DNA of 37,361 nt from Betaproteobacteria bacterium (GCA_009693345.1 SHXL01000003.1:1-37361); one strand, 5' to 3'. Shown: positions 1 to 11,412, counted from the stretch's first letter. Numbers and translations: made by a program. Notes: generated by a model not told the origin, from the letters alone.

Positions 1-1
1 C

Positions 2-1501
2 GTGGCGATCACCGTGCCGGGCACGCCCTGGCGCGCCGATCGCCTGGACCGCGAGCGGTTCACCCGCACGGGCGAAGCCGCCGCGGCGCAGCCCGCCGAT
101 CCGTCGCCGCTGATCGTGATCGGTTGCGGCACGCCGATTCCCGGCCACGACATCCGCGTGGTGGACACCGCCGGGCTGGAACTGCCCGACCGGCAGGAGG
201 GGCACCTGCAGTTCCGCGGCCCCTCTTCCACCTCGGGCTACTACCGCAATCCGGAGGCGACGAAGACGCTGTTCGCTGGCGAGTGGGTCAATACCGGCGA
301 CCGGGCCTATCTTTCCGAGGGCACGCTGTTCCTCACCGGCCGCGAAAAGGACATCATCATCCGCGGCGGCCGCAACATCAGTCCCTACGAACTGGAGCAG
401 GCGGTGGGCGACCTCGCCGGTATCCGGCGCGGTTGCGTCGCCGTTTTCGGCAGCAAGGACGTGGCCAGCGGCACCGAGCGCGTGGTGGTGCTGGCAGAAA
501 TGCGCGACCAGGACGCTTCGCGCCACGAAGCTCTCAAGCGCATGATCAACGAGATCGCCGTCGGCCTGCTCGGCGCGCCGGCCGACGACATCGTGCTCGC
601 GCCACCGGGCACCGTGCCCAAAACCTCCAGCGGCAAAATCCGGCGCGTCGCCGCACGCGAATTCTACGAACGCGGGCCATCTGCGGTTGCGGGCGGAGCG
701 GTGTGGCTGCAGTTCGCCCGCCTGGCGCTCGCCGGTGCGGCGCCGCAACTGCGCCGCGGCCTGCGCACCCTGGGCGGCGCGCTGTTCGCGCTACGCGCCT
801 ATATTGTTTTTGCAGCCCTTGTGCCTTTTTCCCTCTTCGGTTCGCTCCTGCTGCCTGTCAAGAACTGCTGGGCGATTGGAAGAACCGTCTCGAAATGGTT
901 CCTGATCTTGTCAGGCATCCCTGTTGCGGTCAGGGGACTGGACCACCTGGATATAAAAACCCCCGTGGTGCTGGCGGTCAATCACACCAGCTATCTCGAT
1001 GCGCTGGTCCTGCTGTCGATCCCCGAATACCGCGGCTACGCCTTCGTCGCCAAACGCGAGTTCCAGGAGAATTTCCTGATGCGGGCGCTGCTCTCGGGCT
1101 TCAACACGCAGTTCATCGAGCGCTTCGACGTCGCCAAAAGCGCCGAGCACGCGAGCGAACTCGGCGACGCGGCGAAGCGCGGCGTTTCGCTGATCGTTTT
1201 CCCGGAAGGCACCCTCACGCGCAATACCGGGCTGATGGGTTTCCGCACCGGCGCCTTCCAGGCCGCGGCGCAGGCCGGCATCCCGGTAGTGCCGGTGGCG
1301 CTGCGCGGCGTGCGCTCGGTGCTACGCGACGGTACCTGGTACCTGCGCCGCGCCGCGGTATCGGTCACGGTCGGCGCGCCAATCGCGCCCGAAGGCACCG
1401 ACTGGGCCGCGGCGGTGAAGCTGCGCGACGCCGTGCGCGCCGAGATCCTCAGGCACTGCGGCGAGCCGGACTTGGCGCGCGGGGCGGAAATCGGGCTCTG
1501 A
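2..1501 (+). CDS. Fatty acyl-AMP ligase-like adenylation domain fused to a PlsC-type acyltransferase (5' truncated by window edge)
   Basis: Adenylation motifs GYYRNPEAT, NTGDRAY, GREKDIIIRGGRN and PKTSSGKIRR; a hydrophobic segment; then acyltransferase motifs NHTSYLD (HX4D) and FPEGT. Confidence 0.85.
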   Translation: MAITVPGTPWRADRLDRERFTRTGEAAAAQPADPSPLIVIGCGTPIPGHDIRVVDTAGLELPDRQEGHLQFRGPSSTSGYYRNPEATKTLFAGEWVNTGDRAYLSEGTLFLTGREKDIIIRGGRNISPYELEQAVGDLAGIRRGCVAVFGSKDVASGTERVVVLAEMRDQDASRHEALKRMINEIAVGLLGAPADDIVLAPPGTVPKTSSGKIRRVAAREFYERGPSAVAGGAVWLQFARLALAGAAPQLRRGLRTLGGALFALRAYIVFAALVPFSLFGSLLLPVKNCWAIGRTVSKWFLILSGIPVAVRGLDHLDIKTPVVLAVNHTSYLDALVLLSIPEYRGYAFVAKREFQENFLMRALLSGFNTQFIERFDVAKSAEHASELGDAAKRGVSLIVFPEGTLTRNTGLMGFRTGAFQAAAQAGIPVVPVALRGVRSVLRDGTWYLRRAAVSVTVGAPIAPEGTDWAAAVKLRDAVRAEILRHCGEPDLARGAEIGL

Positions 1502-1511
1502 CCCCGATTTC
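1487..1511. repeat. REP-like palindrome / putative bidirectional terminator between convergent genes
   Basis: gaaatcggg-ctctgac-cccgatttc: perfect 9-bp inverted repeat containing the stop codon of the upstream CDS. Confidence 0.55.
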
Positions 1512-1514
1512 GTG

Positions 1515-2690
1515 CTACTTGCGGAAATCCGCGCGTTCCAGCAACCAGGAAATCCCGAAGCCGAGGACCAGGCCCCAGAACGCGGCGCCGATGTTGAAGA
1601 TCGGCACATCTGCGACTGTGACCAGGAACGTCACCAGCGCGCCCAGGGCGAACTTGCCGCCGAAGGCGACGCCGAACGCGGTCTGCAGCACGCGCAGCAT
1701 CGCTAGGCCTCCCAGCGCGGCGATAAACGCTGACGGCGTGGAGAGCAGCAGGCGCACGAAGATCGGCGACAGGAGCCCGAAGACGAGCGCGAGCGCGCCG
1801 ACCAGCACGCCGGCCGTGTAATGCCGCTGCTTTTCGCCCGACGACGAGATGATCGCGTTGACAGGGCCCGTGAGGCAGGTCGAGACCGAACCGACGAAGG
1901 CCGTGACCATCGAGCCCGCGCCGCAAGCCACCGCGATGGCATCGATCGGCGGCTTATGCCCCGCGGCGGAAAGCACCGCGAAGCCCTGCCCGTTCTGAAC
2001 CACAAGCACCGTGATCGCGAGCGGCACCACCAGCTCGATCATCGCCTGCCAGGAAAGCGCAGGCTGGTAGAGATTGGGATAGGAAAGAGCAAATTCTTTT
2101 CCATCCATCTGGAATTTTCCCAGGAGGGCAACGGCGACAAACCCCACGACAAGGGCACCGATCAACGGCGGCACGATTCGCGCCAGAGATTTCCAGTAAG
2201 AAAGAATCAGGAATGCCAGCACCATGGGCGCAGCGACCGCGACGTCGTCGCGCACCGCGTGCACGAGGCCGGTGCCGAAGCGCAGGAACACGCCAGCCAC
2301 CATCGCCATCACGATCGGCATGGGCGCGGCTTCCGTGCAGCGCCGCACCCAGCCCGAGAGACCGAGCGCCAGCATCAGCACGCCGGTGGCGATGAAAGCG
2401 CCGATCACCTCGGGGAATGTCAGGTGGCCGAGCGCCGGGCCGACCAGCACCGCGCCCGGGATGGTCCAGAAGAACACCAGCGGCTGGCGGTAGAAAAGGC
2501 AGAAGCCGATGCTGATGAGCCCGTTGATGAAAAAGGAACCGAAGATCCAGGACGACAGGTCGGATTCGGCGAGTCCGCCCTGCGCGCCGACCGCGAGGAT
2601 GATCGCCACCGGGCCGGTGGCGGCGAAGATGAACGCGATCAACCCGCTTGACGCATAAGTAGTTCCAAAATCCTTAAAGATATTCTTCAC
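1515..2690 (-). CDS. BenE-family benzoate/H+ symporter-like transporter
   Basis: Highly hydrophobic, 391 aa, with motifs QPLVFFWTIPGA, MAMVAGVFLRF, VVQNGQG, ALGGLAM and IGAAFWGL. GTG start at 2690 overlaps the upstream TGA (GTGA). The longer ORF-track start lies inside the upstream gene. Confidence 0.85.
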   Translation of the reverse strand: MKNIFKDFGTTYASSGLIAFIFAATGPVAIILAVGAQGGLAESDLSSWIFGSFFINGLISIGFCLFYRQPLVFFWTIPGAVLVGPALGHLTFPEVIGAFIATGVLMLALGLSGWVRRCTEAAPMPIVMAMVAGVFLRFGTGLVHAVRDDVAVAAPMVLAFLILSYWKSLARIVPPLIGALVVGFVAVALLGKFQMDGKEFALSYPNLYQPALSWQAMIELVVPLAITVLVVQNGQGFAVLSAAGHKPPIDAIAVACGAGSMVTAFVGSVSTCLTGPVNAIISSSGEKQRHYTAGVLVGALALVFGLLSPIFVRLLLSTPSAFIAALGGLAMLRVLQTAFGVAFGGKFALGALVTFLVTVADVPIFNIGAAFWGLVLGFGISWLLERADFRK

Positions 2691-3964
2691 AACAATTTCG
2701 CGCCCAATCTGGCAAGCGCGGGGCGCAGGTACTCGAGGAAAAGTTCCGGATTCTCGGCCATCGGGAAATGGCCGATGCCGCGCATCATCACGAAATCCGC
2801 GCCCGGAATCTTCGCCGCGGTGGCGCGCGAAATCTCGGGCGTGCAGGAGTAGTCGTACTCCCCCGTCAACATGAGTACGGGACATTTTTTCGTATCGATG
2901 CGCCCGACACGATCGCGCGCATCCCACTCGCGGCCGTAGAAGCGGATGTCGCCCCGGAACACGCCATAGCCGCCCTGCGAGTATTCCCACCACACTTCGC
3001 GCGCGCGCTCCGGCGGGCTTTGCGGCGCCATCAGGCCGTGGACCCATTCGGGCACGAAGGTCGATTCGTTCACCTGCGGGTTGCGCGTCCATGGCGCCTC
3101 GCGCCCGACGATGCGCTCGCTCGCCTCGCAGGCGATCACGCCGCCGAGGCGCTCGCCCCAGCGCAGCGCCATCTCCAGGCAGATCTGGCCCGCCATCGAG
3201 GATCCGAGCAGCACCGGGCGGCGCAGGCCCAGCGCTTCGATCATCGCTTCGATCGCCGCGACATACTTCTCCGTGGTCAGGTCCCACTCGCCGATGGGCG
3301 CGCCCTCCGGGGGCAAGCTCTTGCCGTGCCAGGGCAGGTCGAAAGTGACCATGCGCCATTCGGCGCCGAGTCCGGCGTCGTTCAGCAGCTTGTAGAACTG
3401 GCGTGAATCGGAGCCGGCGGTATGTAGGCACAGCAGGTCGTGCCCCGTGCCCGCCTCTTCGTAGTAGATACGGTTGCGCCGGCCCTCGTGTTCGATCCAG
3501 ACATAGCCGCCGCGAATCGGCTCCTTCTTGTTTTTTTCAAAAGCCTTTTCAGCAACAGGAGAACCATGAATGCTGTTCGCAACATTTCTGCCGATCTCCA
3601 GCACGCGCCGCACCAGATGCATGTGCTGCGCCAGCGCCAGCTCGCTGCCGGCGACCTTGAACTCCGGCACGCGCATCTTCATCGCATAGATGCCGTGGTA
3701 GGGCGCCGGAGGAGGAGACGAAAAGAACTTCTCCCAGACTGCGACAGGGGCTTCGAGAACGAATGCCGGGGAATTTTCCTCGGATTTTTCCGTTATAAAA
3801 AAAGAAGAAGCCTGAAAAATAATATCAGCGACCCGCTCCCCCATCACAAGCCGGAAGCGGCAATCGGCGTTCGCAGAGAAGGCGGCGAGCTCCGGGTCGG
3901 CGCGCGCCACCGCCTGCAGCGCGGCCAGGAACGCGGGCCAGCGCGCGAACAAAAATTCCTGCAT
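2687..3964 (-). CDS. Alpha/beta hydrolase with N-terminal SCP2-like extension
   Basis: ATG at 3964 overlaps the sucD TAA (TAATG). Hydrolase motifs LHTAGSD, DLPWHGKS, GSSMAG (nucleophile elbow), GEYDY and GHFPMAENP. The N-terminal ~120 aa resemble an SCP2-like fold (by eye). Confidence 0.8.
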   Translation of the reverse strand: MQEFLFARWPAFLAALQAVARADPELAAFSANADCRFRLVMGERVADIIFQASSFFITEKSEENSPAFVLEAPVAVWEKFFSSPPPAPYHGIYAMKMRVPEFKVAGSELALAQHMHLVRRVLEIGRNVANSIHGSPVAEKAFEKNKKEPIRGGYVWIEHEGRRNRIYYEEAGTGHDLLCLHTAGSDSRQFYKLLNDAGLGAEWRMVTFDLPWHGKSLPPEGAPIGEWDLTTEKYVAAIEAMIEALGLRRPVLLGSSMAGQICLEMALRWGERLGGVIACEASERIVGREAPWTRNPQVNESTFVPEWVHGLMAPQSPPERAREVWWEYSQGGYGVFRGDIRFYGREWDARDRVGRIDTKKCPVLMLTGEYDYSCTPEISRATAAKIPGADFVMMRGIGHFPMAENPELFLEYLRPALARLGAKLL

Positions 3965-4844
3965 TACTTCAGGACAGACTTGAGGAGCTTGCCCATCTCC
4001 GCAGGGTTTTTCGTCACTTTGATGCCGCAAGCCTCCATTACCGCGAGCTTCTCCTGTGCCGTGCCCTTGCCGCCGGAAATGATCGCACCGGCGTGGCCCA
4101 TGCGCTTGCCCGGCGGCGCGGTGACGCCAGCGATGAAGCCGACGACGGGTTTCTTCATGTTGCCCTTGACCCACTGCGCCGCGGTCTCCTCGTCCGAGCC
4201 GCCGATCTCGCCGATCATGATCACCGCGTCGGTGTCCGGATCGTCGTTGAACATTTTGAGGATATCGACGTGCTTCAGGCCGTTGACCGGGTCGCCGCCG
4301 ATGCCCACCGCGGTGGACTGGCCAATGCCAAGTTCGGTGAGCTGGCCGACCGCCTCGTAGGTGAGCGTGCCCGAACGCGACACCACACCGACGCGGCCCT
4401 TCAGGTGGATGTGGCCGGGCATGATGCCTATCTTGATTTCCTCGGGCGTGATCACGCCCGGGCAGTTCGGCCCGAGCACCAGAGTCCTGCGCTTTTCCTT
4501 CTTCATGCGCTCGCGCAGGTGAACCATGTCGCGTACCGGTATGCCCTCGGTGATGCAGATCGCGAGGTCGAGGTCGGCTTCCACCGCCTCCCAGATCGCC
4601 GCGGCGGCGAAAGGCGGGGGGACGTAGATGACCGAGACGTTGACGCCGGTTTTCGATTTCCCCTCCTTTACAGAGGCGAAAATCGGAATTCCTTCAAAAT
4701 TCTCCCCGGCTTTCTTGGGGTTCACTCCCGCCACATAGCAATTCTTGCCATTCGCGTAGGCGCGGCTGGTCTGGGTGTGGAACTGCCCGGTCTTGCCGGT
4801 GATCCCCTGCGTCACCACCTTGGTGTTCTTGTTGATCAGGATGC

Positions 4845-4848
<4 letters not shown>
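3964..4848 (-). CDS. sucD: Succinate--CoA ligase subunit alpha
   Basis: [35 protein letters not shown] and GKRMGHAGA (phospho-His). GTG start at 4848 overlaps the sucC TGA. Confidence 0.97.
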
Positions 4849-6017
<1,169 letters not shown>

Positions 6018-6025
6018 GGCGAGAG

Positions 6026-6054
6026 AATTCTAGCATTGAGTACTTGCTAGAATT
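6026..6054. promoter_or_regulatory. Palindromic back-to-back extended -10 promoters (TGcTAGAAT on both strands) for sucC and glpK
   Basis: aattctagca-N9-tgctagaatt perfect 10-bp inverted repeat in a 42-nt divergent intergenic region. Confidence 0.7.
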
Positions 6055-6059
6055 TCCCG

Positions 6060-7568
6060 ATGCGCTACGTGCTTGCACTCGACCAGGGCACCACCAGTTC
6101 GCGCGCCATCATTTTCGACGAGACCGGCAAGCCGGTCGCTTTCGCCAGTCAGGAATTCAAGCAGCATTACCCTGAACCCGGCCGGGTGGAGCACGACCCG
6201 GACGATCTGTGGCGCTCGCAGCGTGACGTCGCGCGCGAGGTGCTGAGGAGTTCGGGACTGAAGGCCGAGAACCTGGTCGCCTGCGGCATCGCCAACCAGC
6301 GCGAAACCACCATCGTCTGGGATCGCCAGACCAGCAAGCCGATCTACCCCGCGATCGTCTGGCAGGACCGGCGTACCGCCGCGCGCTGCGCGGAGTTGAA
6401 GGAAGTTGGCGCCGAGAGCCTGGTGCGGGAGCGCACCGGCCTGGTGCTCGATCCCTACTTCTCCGGCACCAAGGTGGCGTGGATTCTCGACCATATTCCG
6501 GGCGCGCGCCGCCGCGCCGAACTGGGCGAACTCGCGTTTGGCACGGTGGATAGCTGGCTGATCTGGAACCTGTCGCACACCAAGACACACGTCACCGACT
6601 GCACTAACGCATCGCGCACGATGCTCTTCAACATCCACATGGGCGACTGGGACCCCGAGCTGCTGCAGCTGATCGGCGTGCCGCGCGCGATGCTGCCCGA
6701 TGTCTACCCCTCGTCGCACGCCTACTGCATGATCGCGCCCACGGTGCTGGGCGCGCCGGTGCCGATCACCGGCGTCGCCGGCGACCAGCAGGCGGCGCTC
6801 TTCGGCCAGGGCTGCCACAAGGCCGGCATGGCGAAGAACACCTACGGTACCGGCTGCTTCATGCTGATGCACACCGGCGACCGCGTGGTGACATCCGCCA
6901 ACGGCCTGCTGAGCACCGCGGCGGCGCAGCTCGGCCGTGCCGTGGACGCGCGCGACGTTGACAAGGAGTACGCGCTGGAAGGCAGTGTCTTCATCGGCGG
7001 CGCGGTGGTGCAATGGCTGCGCGACGAGCTGAAGTTTTTCGAGTCCGCCGCGGACATCGAACGCATGGCGGCCGATGTCATGGACAACGGCGGCGTCTAC
7101 GTTGTGCCCGCCTTCGCGGGCCTGGGCGCGCCGCACTGGGATCCCCATGCGCGCGGCGCGATCCTCGGCCTGACGCGCGGCTCGTCCCGCGCGCACATCG
7201 CGCGCGCCGCGCTCGAATCCATCGCCTACCAGAGCGCCGACCTGCTCGAGGCCATGCAGAAGGACTCCGGCGAGAAGCTCTCCGAACTGCGCGTGGACGG
7301 CGGCGCGGCAGCCAACAACCTCTTGATGCAGTTCCAGGCCGACATCCTCGGCGTCCCGGTGGTGCGGCCGAAGGTGCTCGAGACCACCGCCCTCGGCGCC
7401 GCCTACCTCGCCGGCCTCTACACCGACGTCTGGAAATCGCGCGAGGAAATCGCCGCGCAATGGCAGATGGACCGGCGCTTCACGCCGCAAATGTCCCGCG
7501 ACGACGCCGCGCAACTGCTCGCGCGCTGGCACGAAGCGGTCAAGCGCTCGCTGGGCTGGGATTCCTGA
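6060..7568 (+). CDS. glpK: Glycerol kinase
   Basis: [63 protein letters not shown]. Confidence 0.96.
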   Translation: MRYVLALDQGTTSSRAIIFDETGKPVAFASQEFKQHYPEPGRVEHDPDDLWRSQRDVAREVLRSSGLKAENLVACGIANQRETTIVWDRQTSKPIYPAIVWQDRRTAARCAELKEVGAESLVRERTGLVLDPYFSGTKVAWILDHIPGARRRAELGELAFGTVDSWLIWNLSHTKTHVTDCTNASRTMLFNIHMGDWDPELLQLIGVPRAMLPDVYPSSHAYCMIAPTVLGAPVPITGVAGDQQAALFGQGCHKAGMAKNTYGTGCFMLMHTGDRVVTSANGLLSTAAAQLGRAVDARDVDKEYALEGSVFIGGAVVQWLRDELKFFESAADIERMAADVMDNGGVYVVPAFAGLGAPHWDPHARGAILGLTRGSSRAHIARAALESIAYQSADLLEAMQKDSGEKLSELRVDGGAAANNLLMQFQADILGVPVVRPKVLETTALGAAYLAGLYTDVWKSREEIAAQWQMDRRFTPQMSRDDAAQLLARWHEAVKRSLGWDS

Positions 7569-8226
7569 GATTCTGTAGCGCGTAGAGCCCGCGCTCAATT
7601 CTGATTGCTGCTAGTTTTTCCAGGAAAGAATTCGAAATTAAGTCGTTGCAGGCATTCTCCAGGGAGGCGCGCTCGGCGCCGCCTTCGACCAGCACCACCC
7701 AGCCGGGGACCAGGCTTTGCGTACGACCGCGCTTTTCTTCGGTCTGGATGCCGCTTGCATCGCGGTCGGCGATGCACAGGTGCGCCCCGGCAATCCCTTC
7801 CCGCTTCGCTATTTCATCGAGGGTGTTTTCCAGCATGGCGCGGTGCTCGTCCTCGCGCCCTGCAACAACGTCGTAGCGCCAGGTCATGATCAGGCCGCCT
7901 TCGCCCGGGCCAAGTGACAGCGCGACACGGCACAGCGAGCGCGCAGTATCGGTAAACGAGACTATTGCGCGCCGCGTCCAGGGCGTAGGTGCATTGAGGC
8001 GAGCCAGGTAGTCGGCGCCGCTGAGCACGGCTGTATTGCGCGTCTCGTAGAGGGTGAAGAACTCCGGCCGGCCCTCCAGCGCGCGGTAGCGCCGACCGCG
8101 GCAAAAACCCGAGATCGCCACGCGTTCGGGCATGTGCTCGCGATTGTGCCATTCATAGTAATCCGCCCGCGCCTCGGGCAGGATGCCGTTCCAGATCGCC
8201 GCCACGCCTTCGCCCGCCAGGCTCAT
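7540..8226 (-). CDS. Conserved hypothetical protein, DUF4286/EthD-like dimeric alpha-beta barrel
   Basis: Pattern [20 protein letters not shown]....[20 protein letters not shown]. 29-bp convergent 3' overlap with glpK. Confidence 0.7.
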   Translation of the reverse strand: MSLAGEGVAAIWNGILPEARADYYEWHNREHMPERVAISGFCRGRRYRALEGRPEFFTLYETRNTAVLSGADYLARLNAPTPWTRRAIVSFTDTARSLCRVALSLGPGEGGLIMTWRYDVVAGREDEHRAMLENTLDEIAKREGIAGAHLCIADRDASGIQTEEKRGRTQSLVPGWVVLVEGGAERASLENACNDLISNSFLEKLAAIRIERGLYALQNLRNPSPASA

Positions 8227-8263
8227 GGCGCTGACATTACCCTAACCCTGCGACTTCCGCGTT

Positions 8264-8407
8264 CTAGGGCCGGACAGCGGGGGACTCCATCTTCATGCCG
8301 CGCGCGCGCCACATCAAAAAGTACTCGAGCTCGACGTACTCCGGCGCGCCATAGGCGTAGGGTTCGGCGCGCACGCCGATGAAGCAGTTGCACAGGCGGC
8401 GCTGCAT
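8264..8407 (-). pseudogene. soxA: C-terminal remnant of SoxA (SoxAX c-type cytochrome of thiosulfate oxidation); not in the ORF track
   Basis: Manual translation gives MQRRLCNCFIGVRAEPYAYGAPEYVELEYFLMWRARGMKMESPAVRP*, matching the SoxA C-terminus pattern. No CxxCH or YRLEWQ segment upstream in frame. Confidence 0.8.
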
Positions 8408-8433
8408 AGACGCGGTGCAGCATCTGCTGCGAA

Positions 8434-9144
8434 TCAGAGCCAGACACGGGCGGCAAATTCCGGATAATTGGCGGAAATTTCCTTTGCAACGAGACTACGC
8501 AGCAGAACCAATTCCCCGGCAGACGGCGCTGCAGTGGTATTTGCGGCTGCTTGGTGATCGAACCCAAAACCCGTCGATTTCACTATGTCGTCCAGAGTAT
8601 TTCCCGGATGCACGCTCTCGAGCCGGAAACGGCGCTGGTCTTTCTGCCACAGGAACAACGCCTTGCCGGTGAGCAGCGCCTGCGGCCCGCCGCGGCGCTC
8701 GACGCCGGGCGGGCTCCAGCCGGGCGCGGAAATGAATTCCACCCTCGGCACCAGCACCCGCTTCGAATGCTCTTCGCGGAACAGGATCGTGCGGCCAGCG
8801 GCGAAATACATGAACGCCGAGCCGAAGGAGCCGGGGAAGCGCTTGCCCTCGGCCTGCACCAGATTGATGTTCGCCTCGCCGTCGATCTGCGCGCCGCCGA
8901 GGAAGAAGAGATCGATTCGCCCCTGGCCCGCCAGGTCGAACAGCTCTCGCGAGCCTTCGGTGAACGGGTTGCCGCTGCGCTTGTGCAGCAGGGAAATTCT
9001 TAGCGGCTTTTGATGGAGAAAATTAGACAAGAAGACGCCTGTCGCAGGTATCGGCGAAGCCGCGCCGATCGCGACGTGCCGCGCATCGCCGATCAGGCGC
9101 GCGATGCAGCAGGCGAGGAGTTCTTCTCTGGCGTACGGTTCCAT
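8434..9144 (-). CDS. Family I CoA-transferase-like subunit B (GctB/PcaJ/IpdB-like)
   Basis: Start [17 protein letters not shown] at 9144; motifs FFLGGAQIDGEANINL, FPGSFGS, EHSKRVLVPRVEFISAPG, LESVHPG and TGFGF. Confidence 0.85.
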   Translation of the reverse strand: MEPYAREELLACCIARLIGDARHVAIGAASPIPATGVFLSNFLHQKPLRISLLHKRSGNPFTEGSRELFDLAGQGRIDLFFLGGAQIDGEANINLVQAEGKRFPGSFGSAFMYFAAGRTILFREEHSKRVLVPRVEFISAPGWSPPGVERRGGPQALLTGKALFLWQKDQRRFRLESVHPGNTLDDIVKSTGFGFDHQAAANTTAAPSAGELVLLRSLVAKEISANYPEFAARVWL

Positions 9145-9962
9145 ACGTATTCTTCCAGGTAGCGCCGGAACCCTTCCCCGGTCTTCGCGGCCTTCGCGTA
9201 GAGAGTCAGGTGCGCGTCGTCGATGCCGTAGACCCCGGCGACCGACAGCGGCCAGGCGCCGCGCCGCGCCTGCGCGACGCCGCTGACGTAGACGGAAGAG
9301 AGCACACCCGGCGCGAGCAGTTCGTCTTCGAGCATGTCGCCGGGGCGGATTTCTTCGCAGGTGACGAAGCAGCGGCGCGCGGCATGGGCGATCGTCGCCA
9401 GTTCCTTGCGCCGGCCGATCCACACGTTGCCCGCCTCATCCGCCCAGCGCGCGTGGAACAGCGCGACGTCGGGCTGGATTGCGGCAACGATCAGAATTGG
9501 GTCATTTCTTCGCAAGGGGTTGTCGATCACCCGCCATTCATTTCTGAATTTCAAAAGATCAGAACCCAGTACACCCCGCAAAGGCATGAACGGCACGCCC
9601 TTCTCGGTGGCCTGCAGGCCGCTGTGGATCGCCGGACAAGTTGCGTCTTTTATTTTAAGAAGATTTTTTTCAACAGCTTCCGTAAAACGCGGCGCGAGAC
9701 CCGCTTCGCCCAGCGACACCGCGCTCGATTCGACTTCGGCGACGCAGCCCGCGCCGATCAGCAGGTCGGCGCTCAAGCCAAGCACCGGCACGCCCAGCAG
9801 CTTCAGGTGTTTCGCGTCGCGGCGAATCAGCGCATGCACCACCGCCATCGCCGGCATCGAGTAATCCGGCGGCAACCCGAGGAACGCGCCGTCGGGAATT
9901 TCCGCCGCTATTGCTTCAGAATTCTTGAAAAATACAACTTCATTGGACGGCAAACCGCTCAA
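9093..9962 (-). CDS. Family I CoA-transferase-like subunit A (GctA/IpdA-like)
   Basis: [44 protein letters not shown] and GAWP. TTG start overlaps the tldD TGA. Confidence 0.85.
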   Translation of the reverse strand: MSGLPSNEVVFFKNSEAIAAEIPDGAFLGLPPDYSMPAMAVVHALIRRDAKHLKLLGVPVLGLSADLLIGAGCVAEVESSAVSLGEAGLAPRFTEAVEKNLLKIKDATCPAIHSGLQATEKGVPFMPLRGVLGSDLLKFRNEWRVIDNPLRRNDPILIVAAIQPDVALFHARWADEAGNVWIGRRKELATIAHAARRCFVTCEEIRPGDMLEDELLAPGVLSSVYVSGVAQARRGAWPLSVAGVYGIDDAHLTLYAKAAKTGEGFRRYLEEYVWNRTPEKNSSPAASRA

Positions 9963-11401
9963 GCCGTACCACCTACGGTCAGGCCGTCGATCTTCAACGT
10001 CGGTTGGCCCACGCCCACGGGCACGCTCTGGCCTTCCTTGCCGCAGGTGCCCTGCCCGCCGTCCATGCGCATGTCGTTGCCGATCATGCTGACGCGCGTC
10101 AGCGCATCCGGCCCATTACCGATGAGGGTTGCTCCTTTCACCGGCTGCGTGACCTTGCCGCCCTCGATCAGGTAGGCTTCCGACGCGGAGAACACGAACT
10201 TGCCATTGGTGATGTCCACCTGGCCGCCGCCGAAGTTCACCGCGTACAGGCCCTTGTCCACGCTCCTGATGATTTCCTGCGGATCGCGCGTGCCGGCAAG
10301 CATGTAGGTGTTGGTCATGCGCGGCATCGTCATGTGCGCGAACGACTCGCGGCGGGCGTTGCCGGTAACCGGCATCTTCATCAGGCGCGCGTTCAGGCTG
10401 TCCTGCATGTAGCCGCGCAGGATGCCGTCCTCGATGAGCACCGTGCGCCGCGTCGGATTGCCCTCGTCATCCACGGTGAGCGAACCGCGCCGGTCCGGGA
10501 GCGTGCCGTCGTCCACCACCGTAACGCCGCGCGAAGCGACACGCTCGCCGAGGCGGCCCGCGAACGCCGAGCTGCCCTTGCGGTTGAAGTCGCCTTCGAG
10601 ACCGTGGCCGATCGCCTCGTGCAGCAGGATGCCGGGCCAGCCGGGCCCCAGCACCACCGTCATGGTGCCCGCGGGCGCGGGTTTCGACTCTAGGTTGACG
10701 AGAGCCTGCGCCACCGCCTGCTGCGCATATTCCTTCAGCACCGCATCGGTGAAGTGCGAATAGTCGGTGCGCCCGCCGCCGCCGGCGACGCCCATCTCGC
10801 GCCGGCCGCCGCTCTCCGCGATCACCTGCACCGACAGGCGCACCAGCGGGCGCACATCGGCCGCCAGCACTCCGTCGGAACGCGAGATCAGCACCACTTC
10901 GTATTCGCCGCCGAGGTGCGCCATCACCTGGCTGACGCGCGGATCGAGCGCACGGCACAGCTTCTCGAGCTTTTCGAGCAACGCGATCTTCCTGTCGGAA
11001 TCCAGGGAAACGAGCGGATCCAGCGGCGTATAGCGCTGCGGCGCCTTGCCTTTTCTCGCGACCTTGCCCGCCTTGGAACCGCCGGCACTGCCGATGGCCC
11101 GCACGGCCTTGGCCGCATCCTGCAGCGCGTTGAAGCCGATCTCGTCGGAATAGGCGAACGCGGTCTTCTCGCCGGAGATGGCGCGCACGCCGACGCCCTG
11201 CTCGATCGAAAAGCTGCCCGACTTGACGATGCCCTCCTCGAGGCTCCAGCCCTCGGAGCGCGTGTACTGGAAGTACAGGTCGGCGTAGTCGAGCTTGCGC
11301 GCCGCGAGCGAGCCGAACACGGCCTGCAGCTTGCGGCTTTCGAGCTCGAACGGCGCCAGCAGGCAGGCGTCAGCGGTGGAAAGCAGGGTGTCGGCATCCA
11401 T
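9959..11401 (-). CDS. tldD: Metalloprotease TldD
   Basis: [29 protein letters not shown] (HEXXXH), [32 protein letters not shown] upstream of ATG at 11401. Confidence 0.96.
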   Translation of the reverse strand: MDADTLLSTADACLLAPFELESRKLQAVFGSLAARKLDYADLYFQYTRSEGWSLEEGIVKSGSFSIEQGVGVRAISGEKTAFAYSDEIGFNALQDAAKAVRAIGSAGGSKAGKVARKGKAPQRYTPLDPLVSLDSDRKIALLEKLEKLCRALDPRVSQVMAHLGGEYEVVLISRSDGVLAADVRPLVRLSVQVIAESGGRREMGVAGGGGRTDYSHFTDAVLKEYAQQAVAQALVNLESKPAPAGTMTVVLGPGWPGILLHEAIGHGLEGDFNRKGSSAFAGRLGERVASRGVTVVDDGTLPDRRGSLTVDDEGNPTRRTVLIEDGILRGYMQDSLNARLMKMPVTGNARRESFAHMTMPRMTNTYMLAGTRDPQEIIRSVDKGLYAVNFGGGQVDITNGKFVFSASEAYLIEGGKVTQPVKGATLIGNGPDALTRVSMIGNDMRMDGGQGTCGKEGQSVPVGVGQPTLKIDGLTVGGTA

Positions 11402-11412
11402 TGGATCGGTCC

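Noticed and set aside
8223-8567. 114-aa ORF in the track
   Set aside because: Wrong frame; the meaningful frame is the SoxA-like peptide at 8264-8407.
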